From Candidatus Zixiibacteriota bacterium (lineage in GTDB: Bacteria; Zixibacteria; MSB-5A5; UBA10806; 4484-95): a stretch of DNA of 64,000 nt. Position 1 is the stretch's first letter; every line of letters starts with the position of its first letter. The notes under the pieces were generated by a model. The model was not told where the DNA came from, did no database searches, and worked only from the letters and a program-made list of their open reading frames with translations. Made by a program: the position numbers and the translations under genes. Shown one piece after another: positions 9,475-19,381 of this stretch. The stretch spans positions 337,284 to 401,283 of the forward strand of contig JBBIRK010000001.1 of the NCBI GenBank assembly GCA_037441845.1, written 5' to 3'.

Positions 9475-11172
9475 ATGATCGATGATTCACATGAAGACGG
9501 CGCTTTTCTTCCCGAGGGCGTGGAATCGCCGCCGCCGATGGTAAAAACGATGGCGATCGTTCGTTGGGGATTGCTTGCCGGTCTTACGATATTCGCCCTG
9601 TTCATGTTCCTCAGCATGCCGGGGCTTGCACTTTGGGAGGCAAGAGGAGACCAACAGGTGCAATACCATTGCCCAATGCACCCCACCTATATCGCCAACC
9701 AACCCGGGGAATGCCCGATCTGCGGCATGAGCTTGGTGCCCGTCAAGGGACAACCTGCCGAAAGGAAAACTCCGTCCAAAGCCGACGACAAGACGAAAAC
9801 AATGAAGGATTCATCGGCCACAATGCAGAAATATACCTGCCCGATGCATCCTGAAGTCATCTCCGACAAGCCAGGCCAATGTCCGAAGTGCGGCATGGAT
9901 TTGATAGCCGCAACTCACTCCAGTCACGACTCCACCAGGTCCGAACCAAAAGTGAGAACCGACACAACCGGCAGGAAGAAAGCCGCGGAAGGCTACTACA
10001 CCTGCCCGATGCATCCCGAGGTCGTCTCCGACAAGCCAGGGCGCTGCCCGAAATGCGGAATGTTCCTCGAATACAAACAGGCAGCGGATTCGCTGTCGGA
10101 ACATGGTACACATCCAGCCGATACCGTCCATGATGCCTCCACAGCGGAATCGCAAATTCCCGGACTTGCCCCCATTACGCTCGAACTGGCCCGCCAGCAG
10201 CTGATAGGCGTCCGGACCTCGAAAGCGGTCCGGGAAACAATCGGCGACAGCTTGAGGCTTTTCGGCGAATTGACGGTCGATGAAACTAAGCTGCGCAAAC
10301 TCCAATTGCGGGTTTCCGGGTGGATTAAGAAGCTATTCTTGAACCAAACCGGACAAGCAGTAGATCGCGGCGATACGATCGCTCTAATCTACAGCCCGGA
10401 ATTGTATCAGGCTATGAGCGAATTCAAAAACCTGCTGAATTCGCCGCTTATGGAATCCTCGCCGCAGATTCGCGCGGCCACACGGGAGAAATTGATTCTG
10501 CTCGGCCTTTCCGATGCCGATATCGACGAGATTGAGGAAGGAACCGAACCTACTCCCGATTATGCATTGCGCAGCCCCCTCAGAGGATTCGTGATCGAGA
10601 AAAATGTCATCGAAGGCCAGCGTATAGACCCGACTCAAGAGATAGCCACGATAGCCGATTTGAGCACGGTGTGGGTTTTGGCGGGCGTTTATGAACACGA
10701 TATTCCCTATATAAAAACAGGGCAAAGGGCGGAAGTGAAAATCGAGGGGTTTCCCGACCTGATTTTCAAGGGACGAATCGGATTGATCTACCCCGATTTC
10801 TCTCTCGATAGCCGCAGCGGAAAAGTCAGAATCGAGCTTTCCAACGAGGGTTTCCGCCTTAGGCCGGGGATGCTCGCCGAAATAAATGTTGCTGCGGACA
10901 GTAAATCTCTTCTGACTGTGCCCTCAGAGGCGGTGATCGATGGCGGTGTGCATCGATACGTATTTGTGGTTCACGATAAAACCCATTTCGAGCCCCGCCT
11001 GGTTACCACGGGAATCTCGATCGGCGAAAGAACGGCGATCGAGACAGGGCTCCGCGAAGGTGAAGAAGTCGTTACCAGCGCCAATTTCCTTATCGATTCG
11101 GAAGGTCGGCTCAAAGCGGCCATGATCGGATCCTCGGGACCGCCGCCGACAACCCACGAAGGTCATAAATAA
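9475..11172 (+). CDS. cusB: RND periplasmic adaptor (CusB-like) with three heavy-metal-binding CPMHP repeats
   Basis: Three YxCPMHP-x8-CPxCGM motifs; MFP motifs [36 protein letters not shown]. Confidence 0.9.
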   Translation: MIDDSHEDGAFLPEGVESPPPMVKTMAIVRWGLLAGLTIFALFMFLSMPGLALWEARGDQQVQYHCPMHPTYIANQPGECPICGMSLVPVKGQPAERKTPSKADDKTKTMKDSSATMQKYTCPMHPEVISDKPGQCPKCGMDLIAATHSSHDSTRSEPKVRTDTTGRKKAAEGYYTCPMHPEVVSDKPGRCPKCGMFLEYKQAADSLSEHGTHPADTVHDASTAESQIPGLAPITLELARQQLIGVRTSKAVRETIGDSLRLFGELTVDETKLRKLQLRVSGWIKKLFLNQTGQAVDRGDTIALIYSPELYQAMSEFKNLLNSPLMESSPQIRAATREKLILLGLSDADIDEIEEGTEPTPDYALRSPLRGFVIEKNVIEGQRIDPTQEIATIADLSTVWVLAGVYEHDIPYIKTGQRAEVKIEGFPDLIFKGRIGLIYPDFSLDSRSGKVRIELSNEGFRLRPGMLAEINVAADSKSLLTVPSEAVIDGGVHRYVFVVHDKTHFEPRLVTTGISIGERTAIETGLREGEEVVTSANFLIDSEGRLKAAMIGSSGPPPTTHEGHK

Positions 11173-11182
11173 GGGATATGCG

Positions 11183-14100
11183 GTGATAAAAGCGATCATC
11201 GAATACTGCGCGCGGAATCAAGCCATCGTATTCACCGGCACACTGCTTGCCTGCGCCGGAGCTTTTTTCGCCATAAACAATATCAATCTCGATGCCATCC
11301 CCGATCTTTCCGATACGCAGGTGATAATTTTCACCGAGTGGATGGGACGCAGCCCGGATCTGATCGAAGATCAGATAACCTATCCCATAGTCGCCTCGCT
11401 TTTGGCCGCCCCACGAGTACGCGATGTGCGCGGATTTTCCATGTTCGGGATGTCGTTCGTTTATGTCATTTTCGATGATGGCACCGACCTGTATTGGGCT
11501 CGGTCGAGAATTATCGAGTACTTGAAACAAATCGAGGGGAAATTCCCGCCTGGAGTGTCGCCCAGGCTCGGTCCCGACGCCACCTCGATCGGGTGGATTT
11601 ATCAGTATGCTTTGATCGACACCACCGGCAGTCACGATCTTTCGGAATTACGTACTTTCCAGGATTTCAATCTGCAATACGCCTTGTCATCGGTAAGCGG
11701 TGTGGCTGAGGTGGTCAGTGTGGGCGGATACCAGAAGCAATATCAAGTGGAAATCGATCCGCTTAAGCTCAAGGCCTACGGCGTCTCCATTTCCGATGTT
11801 ATCAGGGCGGTCCGCCGAAGCAACAAAGACGTCGGCGGCAGAGCGATCGAAATGAGCGGCCGCGAATATATTGTCCGGGGACGCGGCTATATACGCGACC
11901 TCGAGGCGATACGAAATATCTCGCTGGGAACCGACCGGGCGGGCGTGCCGATTCTGGTCCGCAATGTCGCCCGTGTAACTATTGGACCTGATATTCGGCG
12001 CGGCGTCGGCGAATTCAACGGTATTGGAGAAGCGGTAGGCGGCATCATCGTAATGCGTCATGGCGAAAACGCCCTCAAAGTCATAAAAAACGTAAAAAAC
12101 AAAATAGCCGAAATATCCCCGTCATTTCCCGAGGGAATCCAGCTTGTGCCGGTCTATGACCGAAGCAGCCTGATAATCCGGGCGATCGAGACTCTTCGCC
12201 ACAGCCTTATCGAGGAAGGAATAGTGGTGGCGATCGTCATCATAATATTCCTGCTGCATTTTCGCAGCGCCTTGGTGCCCATTATTACTTTGCCGGTGGC
12301 GGTGGCCTTGGCGTTCATACCTATGTATCTGTTGAAAATCAATTCCAATATCATGAGCATGGGCGGCATCGCCATTGCGATCGGCGCCATGGTGGACGCC
12401 AGTATAGTGTTGGTGGAAAACACCCATAAGAAATTGGAAAAAGCGGGGGGCATGGCCGATAGGCGCCAAGTGATTATCGAAGCGATAAAAGAAGTAGGCC
12501 CCTCGATTTTCTATTCGCTTCTGATAATAACGGTCGCCTTCCTGCCGATTTTCGCCCTCACCGGACAAGGAGGGCGCTTGTTCAAGCCGTTGGCTTATAC
12601 GAAGACATTCGCCATGTTTTTCGCGGCCTTGGTATCGATCACGGTCTCTCCGGCCTTGATAGCGCTTCTGATCCGCGGCAAAATCAAACCGGAAACCGAA
12701 CACCCCATATCCAAATTCTTGATAAAGCTGTATAAGCCATTCGTATATGTCGCCTTGCGCAATCCAAAATCAACTATAGCTATCGGCCTGGTGGCGATTC
12801 TGGCGACCATCCCGATGATACCACGGCTCGGTTCGGAATTCATGCCGCCGCTCAACGAGGGTGACCTGCTCTATATGCCCACAACCCTGCCCAACATTTC
12901 GATCGAGCAGGCAAAACAGTATCTTCAGTATCAGGACCGCATAATCAAGTCTTTCCCGGAAGTAATCACCGTATTCGGAAAAGCCGGCCGAGCCGAAACC
13001 GCCACCGATCCGGCGCCGTTGTCGATGCTGGAAACCGTTATCCAACTGAAACCCAAAAAACAGTGGCGGAAAGTGGAAGTAAATAGGTGGTACTCGAGCT
13101 GGCTGCCTGATTTCTTAAAACCGCCGTTAAGACTCATTTGGCCCGAGAGCAGACATATCACTTGGGAGGAGCTCGTAAGCAAGCTCGATCAAGCTCTGCA
13201 ATTCCCGGGATGGACCAACGCCTGGACGATGCCTATCAAGACGCGGATCGATATGCTTTCGACCGGTATCCGCACTCCTATCGGCATTAAAATATTCGGC
13301 AACGATCTCGACGAAATCGATCGAATCGGGCTCGAGCTCGAACACACCCTGTCGTCTATTCCGGGCACGCGCAGCGTATTTTCGGATAGAAACTCAGGCG
13401 GCTATTACATCGATATACTCCCCGACAGAACGGCGATCGCCCGCTACGGGTTGACGATCGCGGACGTTCAGGACATTATCGAGACCGCTATCGGCGGCAT
13501 GCCGATCGAAACGACGATCGAAGGAAGAAATCGCTTCACGATCAACGTCCGTTACGCCCGGGATTTCCGCAGCGATATAAAGCGGTTGAAAGAGGTTCTG
13601 GTTCCTCTGCCGAGAGGTAGAAGCGGCGACGGCCCCATGTCCGGTATGAGTCGAAATTCCTTTTCGAACGAGCCGCCGATGCTTGCCTCTATGGAGATAA
13701 GCGGCTCTAATCCGTGGAAAGACATGAACTCGGCCGCGCCGGCTAAGGCGAAAGGGGCATTTCCGGGATCGGAAAATATGACCATGCAGCAATCATCCGG
13801 CATGAGCCCTATGTCGGGCGGTGGGTCTCCAATGGCTTTTCCGGGATATGAAAACCGGTTCAATGCGCTATCGAAAGAAACGGCGGCGATCCCACTTGGA
13901 CGAATCGCCTCGATCGAAATCAGCGAGGGAGCGCCGATGATTAAAGATGAAGCCGGCAAACTTGTCGGATATGTATTCGTGGATATCGACCAAGGCCAAC
14001 GGGATATCGGCGGTTACGTTAATGAAGCCAAAGAAAAGGCGCGGAAAAACGTGCAACTGCCCCCGGGTTATTATCTCAAATGGACCGGTCAATACGAACT

Positions 14101-14671
14101 GCTGGAACAAATGGCCAAACGGATGAAGGTAGTCATCCCGATAACGTTGATATTGGTGTTGCTGCTGCTTTATTTGAATTTCCGCAATCTGACCGAATCT
14201 TTGATCGTTTTGGTAAGCGTCCCGTTCGCGCTGGTGGGAAGTATCTGGATAATGTATTTCCTCGGTTACAACATTTCCACCGCGACTTGGGTGGGAATCA
14301 TAGCCTTGATAGGGCTGGCGGCGGAAACAGGTATCGTAATGGTGTTATATCTCGACCAGGCGTTCGAAAGACGGAAAAAGGCCGGGAAAATGAACGATCT
14401 GAACGACATAATTTGGGCGCACATGGAAGGCACGGTTATGCGGATACGCCCCAAGCTCATGACGGTGGGCACCACGATGATCGGTTTGATGCCGCTGCTA
14501 TGGGCTACCGGCAGCGGAGCCGACGTTATGAAGAGGATCGCCGCTCCCATGGTCGGCGGCTTGATCAGCTCGGCTTTCCTGACGTTGGAGATTCTGCCCG
14601 TTATCTACACCTATTGGCGCAACTGGCAGCTGAAACGCCAACGAAATCGAGTGGATACGGCGGCATCTTAG
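11183..14671 (+). CDS. cusA: CusA/CzcA-family heavy-metal efflux RND permease (Cu+/Ag+ type)
   Basis: LDAIPDLSDTQVI, LGPDAT, GAMVDASIVLVEN, EFMPPLNEGDLLYMP, TDPAPLSM, MPIKTRIDMLSTG, RIRPKLMT, MKRIAAPMVGG. Confidence 0.96.
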   Translation: MIKAIIEYCARNQAIVFTGTLLACAGAFFAINNINLDAIPDLSDTQVIIFTEWMGRSPDLIEDQITYPIVASLLAAPRVRDVRGFSMFGMSFVYVIFDDGTDLYWARSRIIEYLKQIEGKFPPGVSPRLGPDATSIGWIYQYALIDTTGSHDLSELRTFQDFNLQYALSSVSGVAEVVSVGGYQKQYQVEIDPLKLKAYGVSISDVIRAVRRSNKDVGGRAIEMSGREYIVRGRGYIRDLEAIRNISLGTDRAGVPILVRNVARVTIGPDIRRGVGEFNGIGEAVGGIIVMRHGENALKVIKNVKNKIAEISPSFPEGIQLVPVYDRSSLIIRAIETLRHSLIEEGIVVAIVIIIFLLHFRSALVPIITLPVAVALAFIPMYLLKINSNIMSMGGIAIAIGAMVDASIVLVENTHKKLEKAGGMADRRQVIIEAIKEVGPSIFYSLLIITVAFLPIFALTGQGGRLFKPLAYTKTFAMFFAALVSITVSPALIALLIRGKIKPETEHPISKFLIKLYKPFVYVALRNPKSTIAIGLVAILATIPMIPRLGSEFMPPLNEGDLLYMPTTLPNISIEQAKQYLQYQDRIIKSFPEVITVFGKAGRAETATDPAPLSMLETVIQLKPKKQWRKVEVNRWYSSWLPDFLKPPLRLIWPESRHITWEELVSKLDQALQFPGWTNAWTMPIKTRIDMLSTGIRTPIGIKIFGNDLDEIDRIGLELEHTLSSIPGTRSVFSDRNSGGYYIDILPDRTAIARYGLTIADVQDIIETAIGGMPIETTIEGRNRFTINVRYARDFRSDIKRLKEVLVPLPRGRSGDGPMSGMSRNSFSNEPPMLASMEISGSNPWKDMNSAAPAKAKGAFPGSENMTMQQSSGMSPMSGGGSPMAFPGYENRFNALSKETAAIPLGRIASIEISEGAPMIKDEAGKLVGYVFVDIDQGQRDIGGYVNEAKEKARKNVQLPPGYYLKWTGQYELLEQMAKRMKVVIPITLILVLLLLYLNFRNLTESLIVLVSVPFALVGSIWIMYFLGYNISTATWVGIIALIGLAAETGIVMVLYLDQAFERRKKAGKMNDLNDIIWAHMEGTVMRIRPKLMTVGTTMIGLMPLLWATGSGADVMKRIAAPMVGGLISSAFLTLEILPVIYTYWRNWQLKRQRNRVDTAAS

Positions 14672-14718
14672 AGAGCTTCTCCAAAACGCCAGACAAACTG
14701 GTTATAATGCGTATCCTT

Positions 14719-15435
14719 TTATATCCCGAGGAATTCGGCGATTGTTTCTATATCCGAATAGGAACGAATGATCAAACCGGCACCCGCCTTTTCCAGTTCA
14801 TTGTCAGGGAATTTGCCGCCGGCCTCGATTGAGACCGCCGCCGCCAGCACGCCGACTTCCCGCGCCGCCTTAATATCCGCCGGGGAATCGCCGAAATGAC
14901 AAGCATGCTCGTCATCGCCGAAACCACCTCGATAAAGCGCCGTCCGCAATATAATAACCCTCTCTTCGCCATCCTCGCCGAAACCGCCGAAATTGAAATA
15001 CCGATCGAGTCCAGCCGATTTCAATTTCCATCGAGCGAAAACCGCATAATTGCCGGTGGCAAGGCCGCATCGAACACCCGATCGAGACAGAAGATCGAGC
15101 AACTCGGTAACCCCGGCGAGTTTTTCGTATTCCGGTTCGTGATTATCGCGCGTCAACAACGCGAAACGATCCAGCATAACCATAAACAGACGATCGAGGT
15201 TGTCATCGACCGTTTCGGGGGCCACTCCGAGTTTCGCCAGGACTTCTCGCATGATCGAGCGATCGGTCATACCGAACAACTCCGGGCCGAGATGCCTCAT
15301 GTAGTGAATTTCGCGTATACCGAACACCTCGGCGATCGCATATTCGATCGCCTTCATTTTCAGCGTCACAAGATTTCCGGAACGCCGCCGCACGAGAGTG
15401 TGATCGAGATCGAACGTGGCCATAGAAACCCGCAT
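14719..15435 (-). CDS. HAD-superfamily hydrolase (phosphoglycolate-phosphatase-like)
   Basis: Motif I FDLDHTL, GMTD, motif II LATGN, GGFGED, motif IV FGDSPADI. Confidence 0.9.
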   Translation of the reverse strand: MRVSMATFDLDHTLVRRRSGNLVTLKMKAIEYAIAEVFGIREIHYMRHLGPELFGMTDRSIMREVLAKLGVAPETVDDNLDRLFMVMLDRFALLTRDNHEPEYEKLAGVTELLDLLSRSGVRCGLATGNYAVFARWKLKSAGLDRYFNFGGFGEDGEERVIILRTALYRGGFGDDEHACHFGDSPADIKAAREVGVLAAAVSIEAGGKFPDNELEKAGAGLIIRSYSDIETIAEFLGI

Positions 15436-15441
15436 GAGGTC

Positions 15442-15469
15442 AATATGCCCATCGGCGTTCGCGTGTCAA
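15442..15469 (-). promoter_or_regulatory. sigma70-type promoter, leaderless geometry (HAD gene)
   Basis: TTGACA-N16-CATATT-N6-ATG(15435). Confidence 0.6.
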
Positions 15470-15504
15470 CCGTGAAAAATCACGCAAAGGAAAAAGTTTA
15501 TAAA

Positions 15505-15533
15505 TTGACAAAAGCGGCAGACGATAATATGAT
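15505..15533 (+). promoter_or_regulatory. sigma70 promoter for the acyltransferase-GT4 genes
   Basis: TTGACA-N17-TATGAT. Confidence 0.7.
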
Positions 15534-15633
15534 TATGAACAATCATGGATTTCTGGCGGTGCGCTTTTATAGATCATGACTCCCATTCCATGATTTTTTG
15601 GAATTGGAAATCCGACAAAAGGAAAAAGTCGAT

Positions 15634-16254
15634 ATGACCGAAAACGCAGAACAAAAAAAGGATTTGAAACCGATCACCGCGAAAAACTCGTTCCGCGATC
15701 TGCTTAAAAAATTGATCGCCTACATGCGCGGACAAACGTTGAAACTCAGAATAAAGACGACCGGCCCGGTGAAACAATACGGCAGAGCGAAATTCCTGAA
15801 GCATAACGGTTATATAGAAATAGGGTCTCGCTCGGCACTCTGGCCCGGAGTGAAAATAGAAGCCACCTCGGTTTTCGAAAACAAGACAGCGACCGTCAAA
15901 ATCGGCCGTCGCTGCAACCTGGGCGATAATCTGCAGATACACTGCGCCGATTCGGTGACCATAGGCGATAATGTCGGAATCGCCTGGGACGTGATCATAA
16001 TGGATCACAACTATCACTCGCTCACGGGGTTTTCCGAAGGTGAACCGGATTTGGATCCGCGCCCGGTGGTGATCGGTGACCGCGTCTGGCTCGGAATCAG
16101 AACGATCGTTTTGAAAGGCGTGCATATCGGCGATGGCTGCGTCATCGGGGCCGGCTCGGTGGTCACCAGGGATATTCCGCCTAATACGTTGGCCGCCGGC
16201 AACCCGGCAAAACCGATCAAATTGATCGAATATCCTCAGCGAAAAGGCGCTTAA
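15634..16254 (+). CDS. Hexapeptide-repeat sugar O-acetyltransferase
   Basis: Left-handed beta-helix repeats; IMDHNYH, VVIGDRVWLG, IGAGSVVTRDIP, AAGNPAK. Confidence 0.9.
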   Translation: MTENAEQKKDLKPITAKNSFRDLLKKLIAYMRGQTLKLRIKTTGPVKQYGRAKFLKHNGYIEIGSRSALWPGVKIEATSVFENKTATVKIGRRCNLGDNLQIHCADSVTIGDNVGIAWDVIIMDHNYHSLTGFSEGEPDLDPRPVVIGDRVWLGIRTIVLKGVHIGDGCVIGAGSVVTRDIPPNTLAAGNPAKPIKLIEYPQRKGA

Positions 16255-16272
16255 AGCGATATCCACTGCCCT

Positions 16273-17424
16273 ATGAATCCTGAAAAACAGATAAAAGTGC
16301 TGCACGTGTCTATCGGCTTGGGCACCGGCGGCCTGGAGAGAGTCGTTACCATATTGACGACAAGAATGGATAAAAATTTCTTCTCGGTCGGCTCGCTCTG
16401 CCTCAAATACATCGGCGAATTCGGAGAGTATCTCCGTAATAACGGCTATAGCGTCGAAATTTTCCCGCAAAATCCGAAACATTTCGACTTACGCGACCCT
16501 TGGCGCCTTTCCCGCTATTTGAAAAAAAGAAAAGTCGATGTCGTTCATGCTCATTCGGGCGCATTTTTCATGAGTGTCGCCGCCGCCCGCCTTGCCGGGG
16601 TTCCGGCGGTATTTTACACCGATCACGGCCGCCCGCAGGTCGAAGGAACGAAACGGATGATCGAGGAAGCGACCACGGCCAGATTCGTGGATCGCGTGAT
16701 CGCCGTCTCCGAGGAGCTGAAACAACACCTGATCACCAAAACCCATTTCCCCGCCGGAAAAATCGACGTCATAGTGAACGGCGTCGATACGGATATTTTT
16801 CAGCCTCGGCCCAAACCCCAGAAACTGTTTGCCGAATTCCGCCTGCCACAAGGGGCGAAAATCATCGGCTCGACCGGAAGATTCTCCCGCGAAAAAGGAT
16901 ATCATATTTTGATTGAATCGTTTTCCCTGGTCGTGCAAAAAATACCCGACGCCCACCTGCTGTTGGTAGGTGACGGCCCGCAGAGAGATGAGCTCGAAAG
17001 GCAGTCCCGGGAAACCGGTTGCGGCGATAAAATCGTTTTCGCCGGGGTTCGAAGTGACATCCCGGAATTGCTGAACCTGTTCGATATTTTCGCTTTGCCT
17101 TCGATCTACGAAGGGACCTCCATGTCTCTGCTCGAGGCGATGGCCTCGGGAACACCGCCCGTGGCCACCGAAGTCGGCGGGAACCTGTCGATAATAAAAA
17201 ATCAGGAAAGCGGGCTGTTGGTCCCCTCGGAAAATCCCTCTGCGTTGGCTGAGGCGATTATTGAGCTTTTATCGGATGACGGCAAACGCAATGCGTTCGG
17301 AAAGGCAGCGCAAAGAAAAATCAAAGCCGATTACAGCCAAGAAAATATGGTGAGGAGATATTCGGAATTGTATTTGAACGTTCTGCAAAAGAAAAAGCGT
17401 TTCATCGATATGAGGTTGCCATGA
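16273..17424 (+). CDS. Glycosyltransferase family 4 (GT-B fold)
   Basis: GGLERVV, NGVD, EKG, PSIYEGTSMSLLEAMASG (EX7E motif). Confidence 0.93.
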   Translation: MNPEKQIKVLHVSIGLGTGGLERVVTILTTRMDKNFFSVGSLCLKYIGEFGEYLRNNGYSVEIFPQNPKHFDLRDPWRLSRYLKKRKVDVVHAHSGAFFMSVAAARLAGVPAVFYTDHGRPQVEGTKRMIEEATTARFVDRVIAVSEELKQHLITKTHFPAGKIDVIVNGVDTDIFQPRPKPQKLFAEFRLPQGAKIIGSTGRFSREKGYHILIESFSLVVQKIPDAHLLLVGDGPQRDELERQSRETGCGDKIVFAGVRSDIPELLNLFDIFALPSIYEGTSMSLLEAMASGTPPVATEVGGNLSIIKNQESGLLVPSENPSALAEAIIELLSDDGKRNAFGKAAQRKIKADYSQENMVRRYSELYLNVLQKKKRFIDMRLP

Positions 17425-17690
17425 ACAAATCAAGGCGGATCCGGCAATCGATGAGTAGGCCGCATAACAACACCCAAAATCCAAAGCAAAAAAATGATTC
17501 GGCAATCAACAAGGGCTCGGAACAGAAGTTTAGGATTCCGCTGTTTGCAATATAGATCGGGAAGTCACTGGTGCCGTCTAACGGCACAGCGGTTACGATT
17601 CGGAATACTCAGTAAATAATCATGAGGTAATCGATGAAGCGACGGCGTTCCCGACGATTATAATGAAAATTAATCGATGAGATTGAGCAG

Positions 17691-19079
17691 ATGAACCCCT
17701 GGATAGCCCGAAATCTAATATATCGTCCGGCGCAGGCGATCAGAGGCGAAAAAATAAGCGAATACATGGCCGCGGTGAGAGCTTTCAACAGCCTGCCTTA
17801 TCATAAGATGGCGGAAATTCAATGGTTCAAACTCGTCCGACTGATCGAATTCGCCTATAAAAACAACGCATATTACCGCGAACTCTATGACAAACACGGT
17901 GTCGATCCGAAGAAAATATCGAATTTCAATGATTTCGCCAAGCTTCCTTTGTTGCTTAAAAGCGAAATCAAGGAAAAGCACGAGCGTATGATTTCCGCGG
18001 GACGGTGGAAACTCTCCCACCGCAAAACCTCCGGTTCGACCGGAACACCGCTAAAATTCGTCAAAGATATCGAGGCCCTGGCCTACATGAATGCGGTTAT
18101 GCACGATGTTTACAGCTGGCATGGGATAAATATCGGCGACCGACAAGCGCGTATCTGGGCCATCCCCAACGAGCCGCGCCGGAAATTATCGATTTTCTTC
18201 AGAGACCTGTTGCAAAATCGAATCCGCCTGAACTCTTTCGACGTTTCCGATGATACCAGTCGGCGGTTTTATCGCAGGCTGCTCCGATTCAAACCGGCGT
18301 TCTTATATGGCGTGCCGAGCTACATATTGGATTTCGGGAGACGGCTGAAACGGCTGGGATTTGATCCGTCCGCTTGCGGTTTCAAGGTCATAATCGTAAC
18401 CGGCGAAATTTTATACAAAGAGCAGGCAGAAGAAATAAAGGAAATGTTTCGTTGTCCTCTGGCAAATGAATACGGCACAACCGAATGCGGCATAATCGCA
18501 TTCACCTGCACCAAAGGCAATCTGCATTTGATGAATCACAACCTTTATGTGGAAATAATCGATCCGCAAACGGGCCGCGAAGTCGCCGGCGGGGAAACCG
18601 GCGAGATCGTGCTGACCGAGCTGCATGCATATTCGATGCCGTTTATCCGATATCGACTGGGCGATCGGGCGGTGCGCAAACCAGGGAAGTGCGAGTGCGG
18701 GCTCGAATTGCCGATGCTTGCTCATGTGGAGGGACGTCTCGAGGATATGATTACCACACCCGAGGGGAAAAAGGTCGCGGGGGGAATGCTGTATTATACG
18801 TTGGTCAAGGGGATACAGCAGTTCAAAGCTTATCAGAGGGCGATCGATCGGCTCGAAATTCTTATCGTCCGCGCACCCGATTTTTCGGATAAAATCCTGT
18901 CCGATCTTTATAGTCAATGGCGTCGTTACTTAGGCGAAAACATGAAAATCGAGGTCAAGTTCGTCGACCACATCCCCGCGGATCGCAGCGGAAAATTCCG
19001 TTATTTCGTCCCGGAAATCGAACTCGATTACGTAGCCAAATCGGCGAACCCGGAAAAGTCGGCATCGGACAATCCGTGA
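17691..19079 (+). CDS. Phenylacetate-CoA ligase/CapK-family adenylate-forming enzyme
   Basis: TSGSTGTP, YGTTE, MPFIRYRLGD, EGR, SGKFR; lies in polysaccharide gene context. Confidence 0.9.
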   Translation: MNPWIARNLIYRPAQAIRGEKISEYMAAVRAFNSLPYHKMAEIQWFKLVRLIEFAYKNNAYYRELYDKHGVDPKKISNFNDFAKLPLLLKSEIKEKHERMISAGRWKLSHRKTSGSTGTPLKFVKDIEALAYMNAVMHDVYSWHGINIGDRQARIWAIPNEPRRKLSIFFRDLLQNRIRLNSFDVSDDTSRRFYRRLLRFKPAFLYGVPSYILDFGRRLKRLGFDPSACGFKVIIVTGEILYKEQAEEIKEMFRCPLANEYGTTECGIIAFTCTKGNLHLMNHNLYVEIIDPQTGREVAGGETGEIVLTELHAYSMPFIRYRLGDRAVRKPGKCECGLELPMLAHVEGRLEDMITTPEGKKVAGGMLYYTLVKGIQQFKAYQRAIDRLEILIVRAPDFSDKILSDLYSQWRRYLGENMKIEVKFVDHIPADRSGKFRYFVPEIELDYVAKSANPEKSASDNP

Positions 19080-19381
19080 GCTTTACGCCATATATTTCTC
19101 TGACATAGCGGAAAAAAACAGCATGCGGATAAATCGTAGAGATTCCTACTGAGGGAATAAGGACAATTGCTCAATTATGGCACAGATTCTTCTTCGATGA
19201 ACAAAAAACGACAGTCGGAAAGGATGGAAATGTCCACGATTTGCGTGAAAGCGATTGACGCGCAACAACATACGAGTAGGCAGAAAATCCTTTTACGGGC
19301 ACTATTTTAGCTCTATAATAAAATGCCGAATAGCAGTTACAGGGCGACTTCCGCCCGTGCAGGATCGAAAGGAGAATAAAG

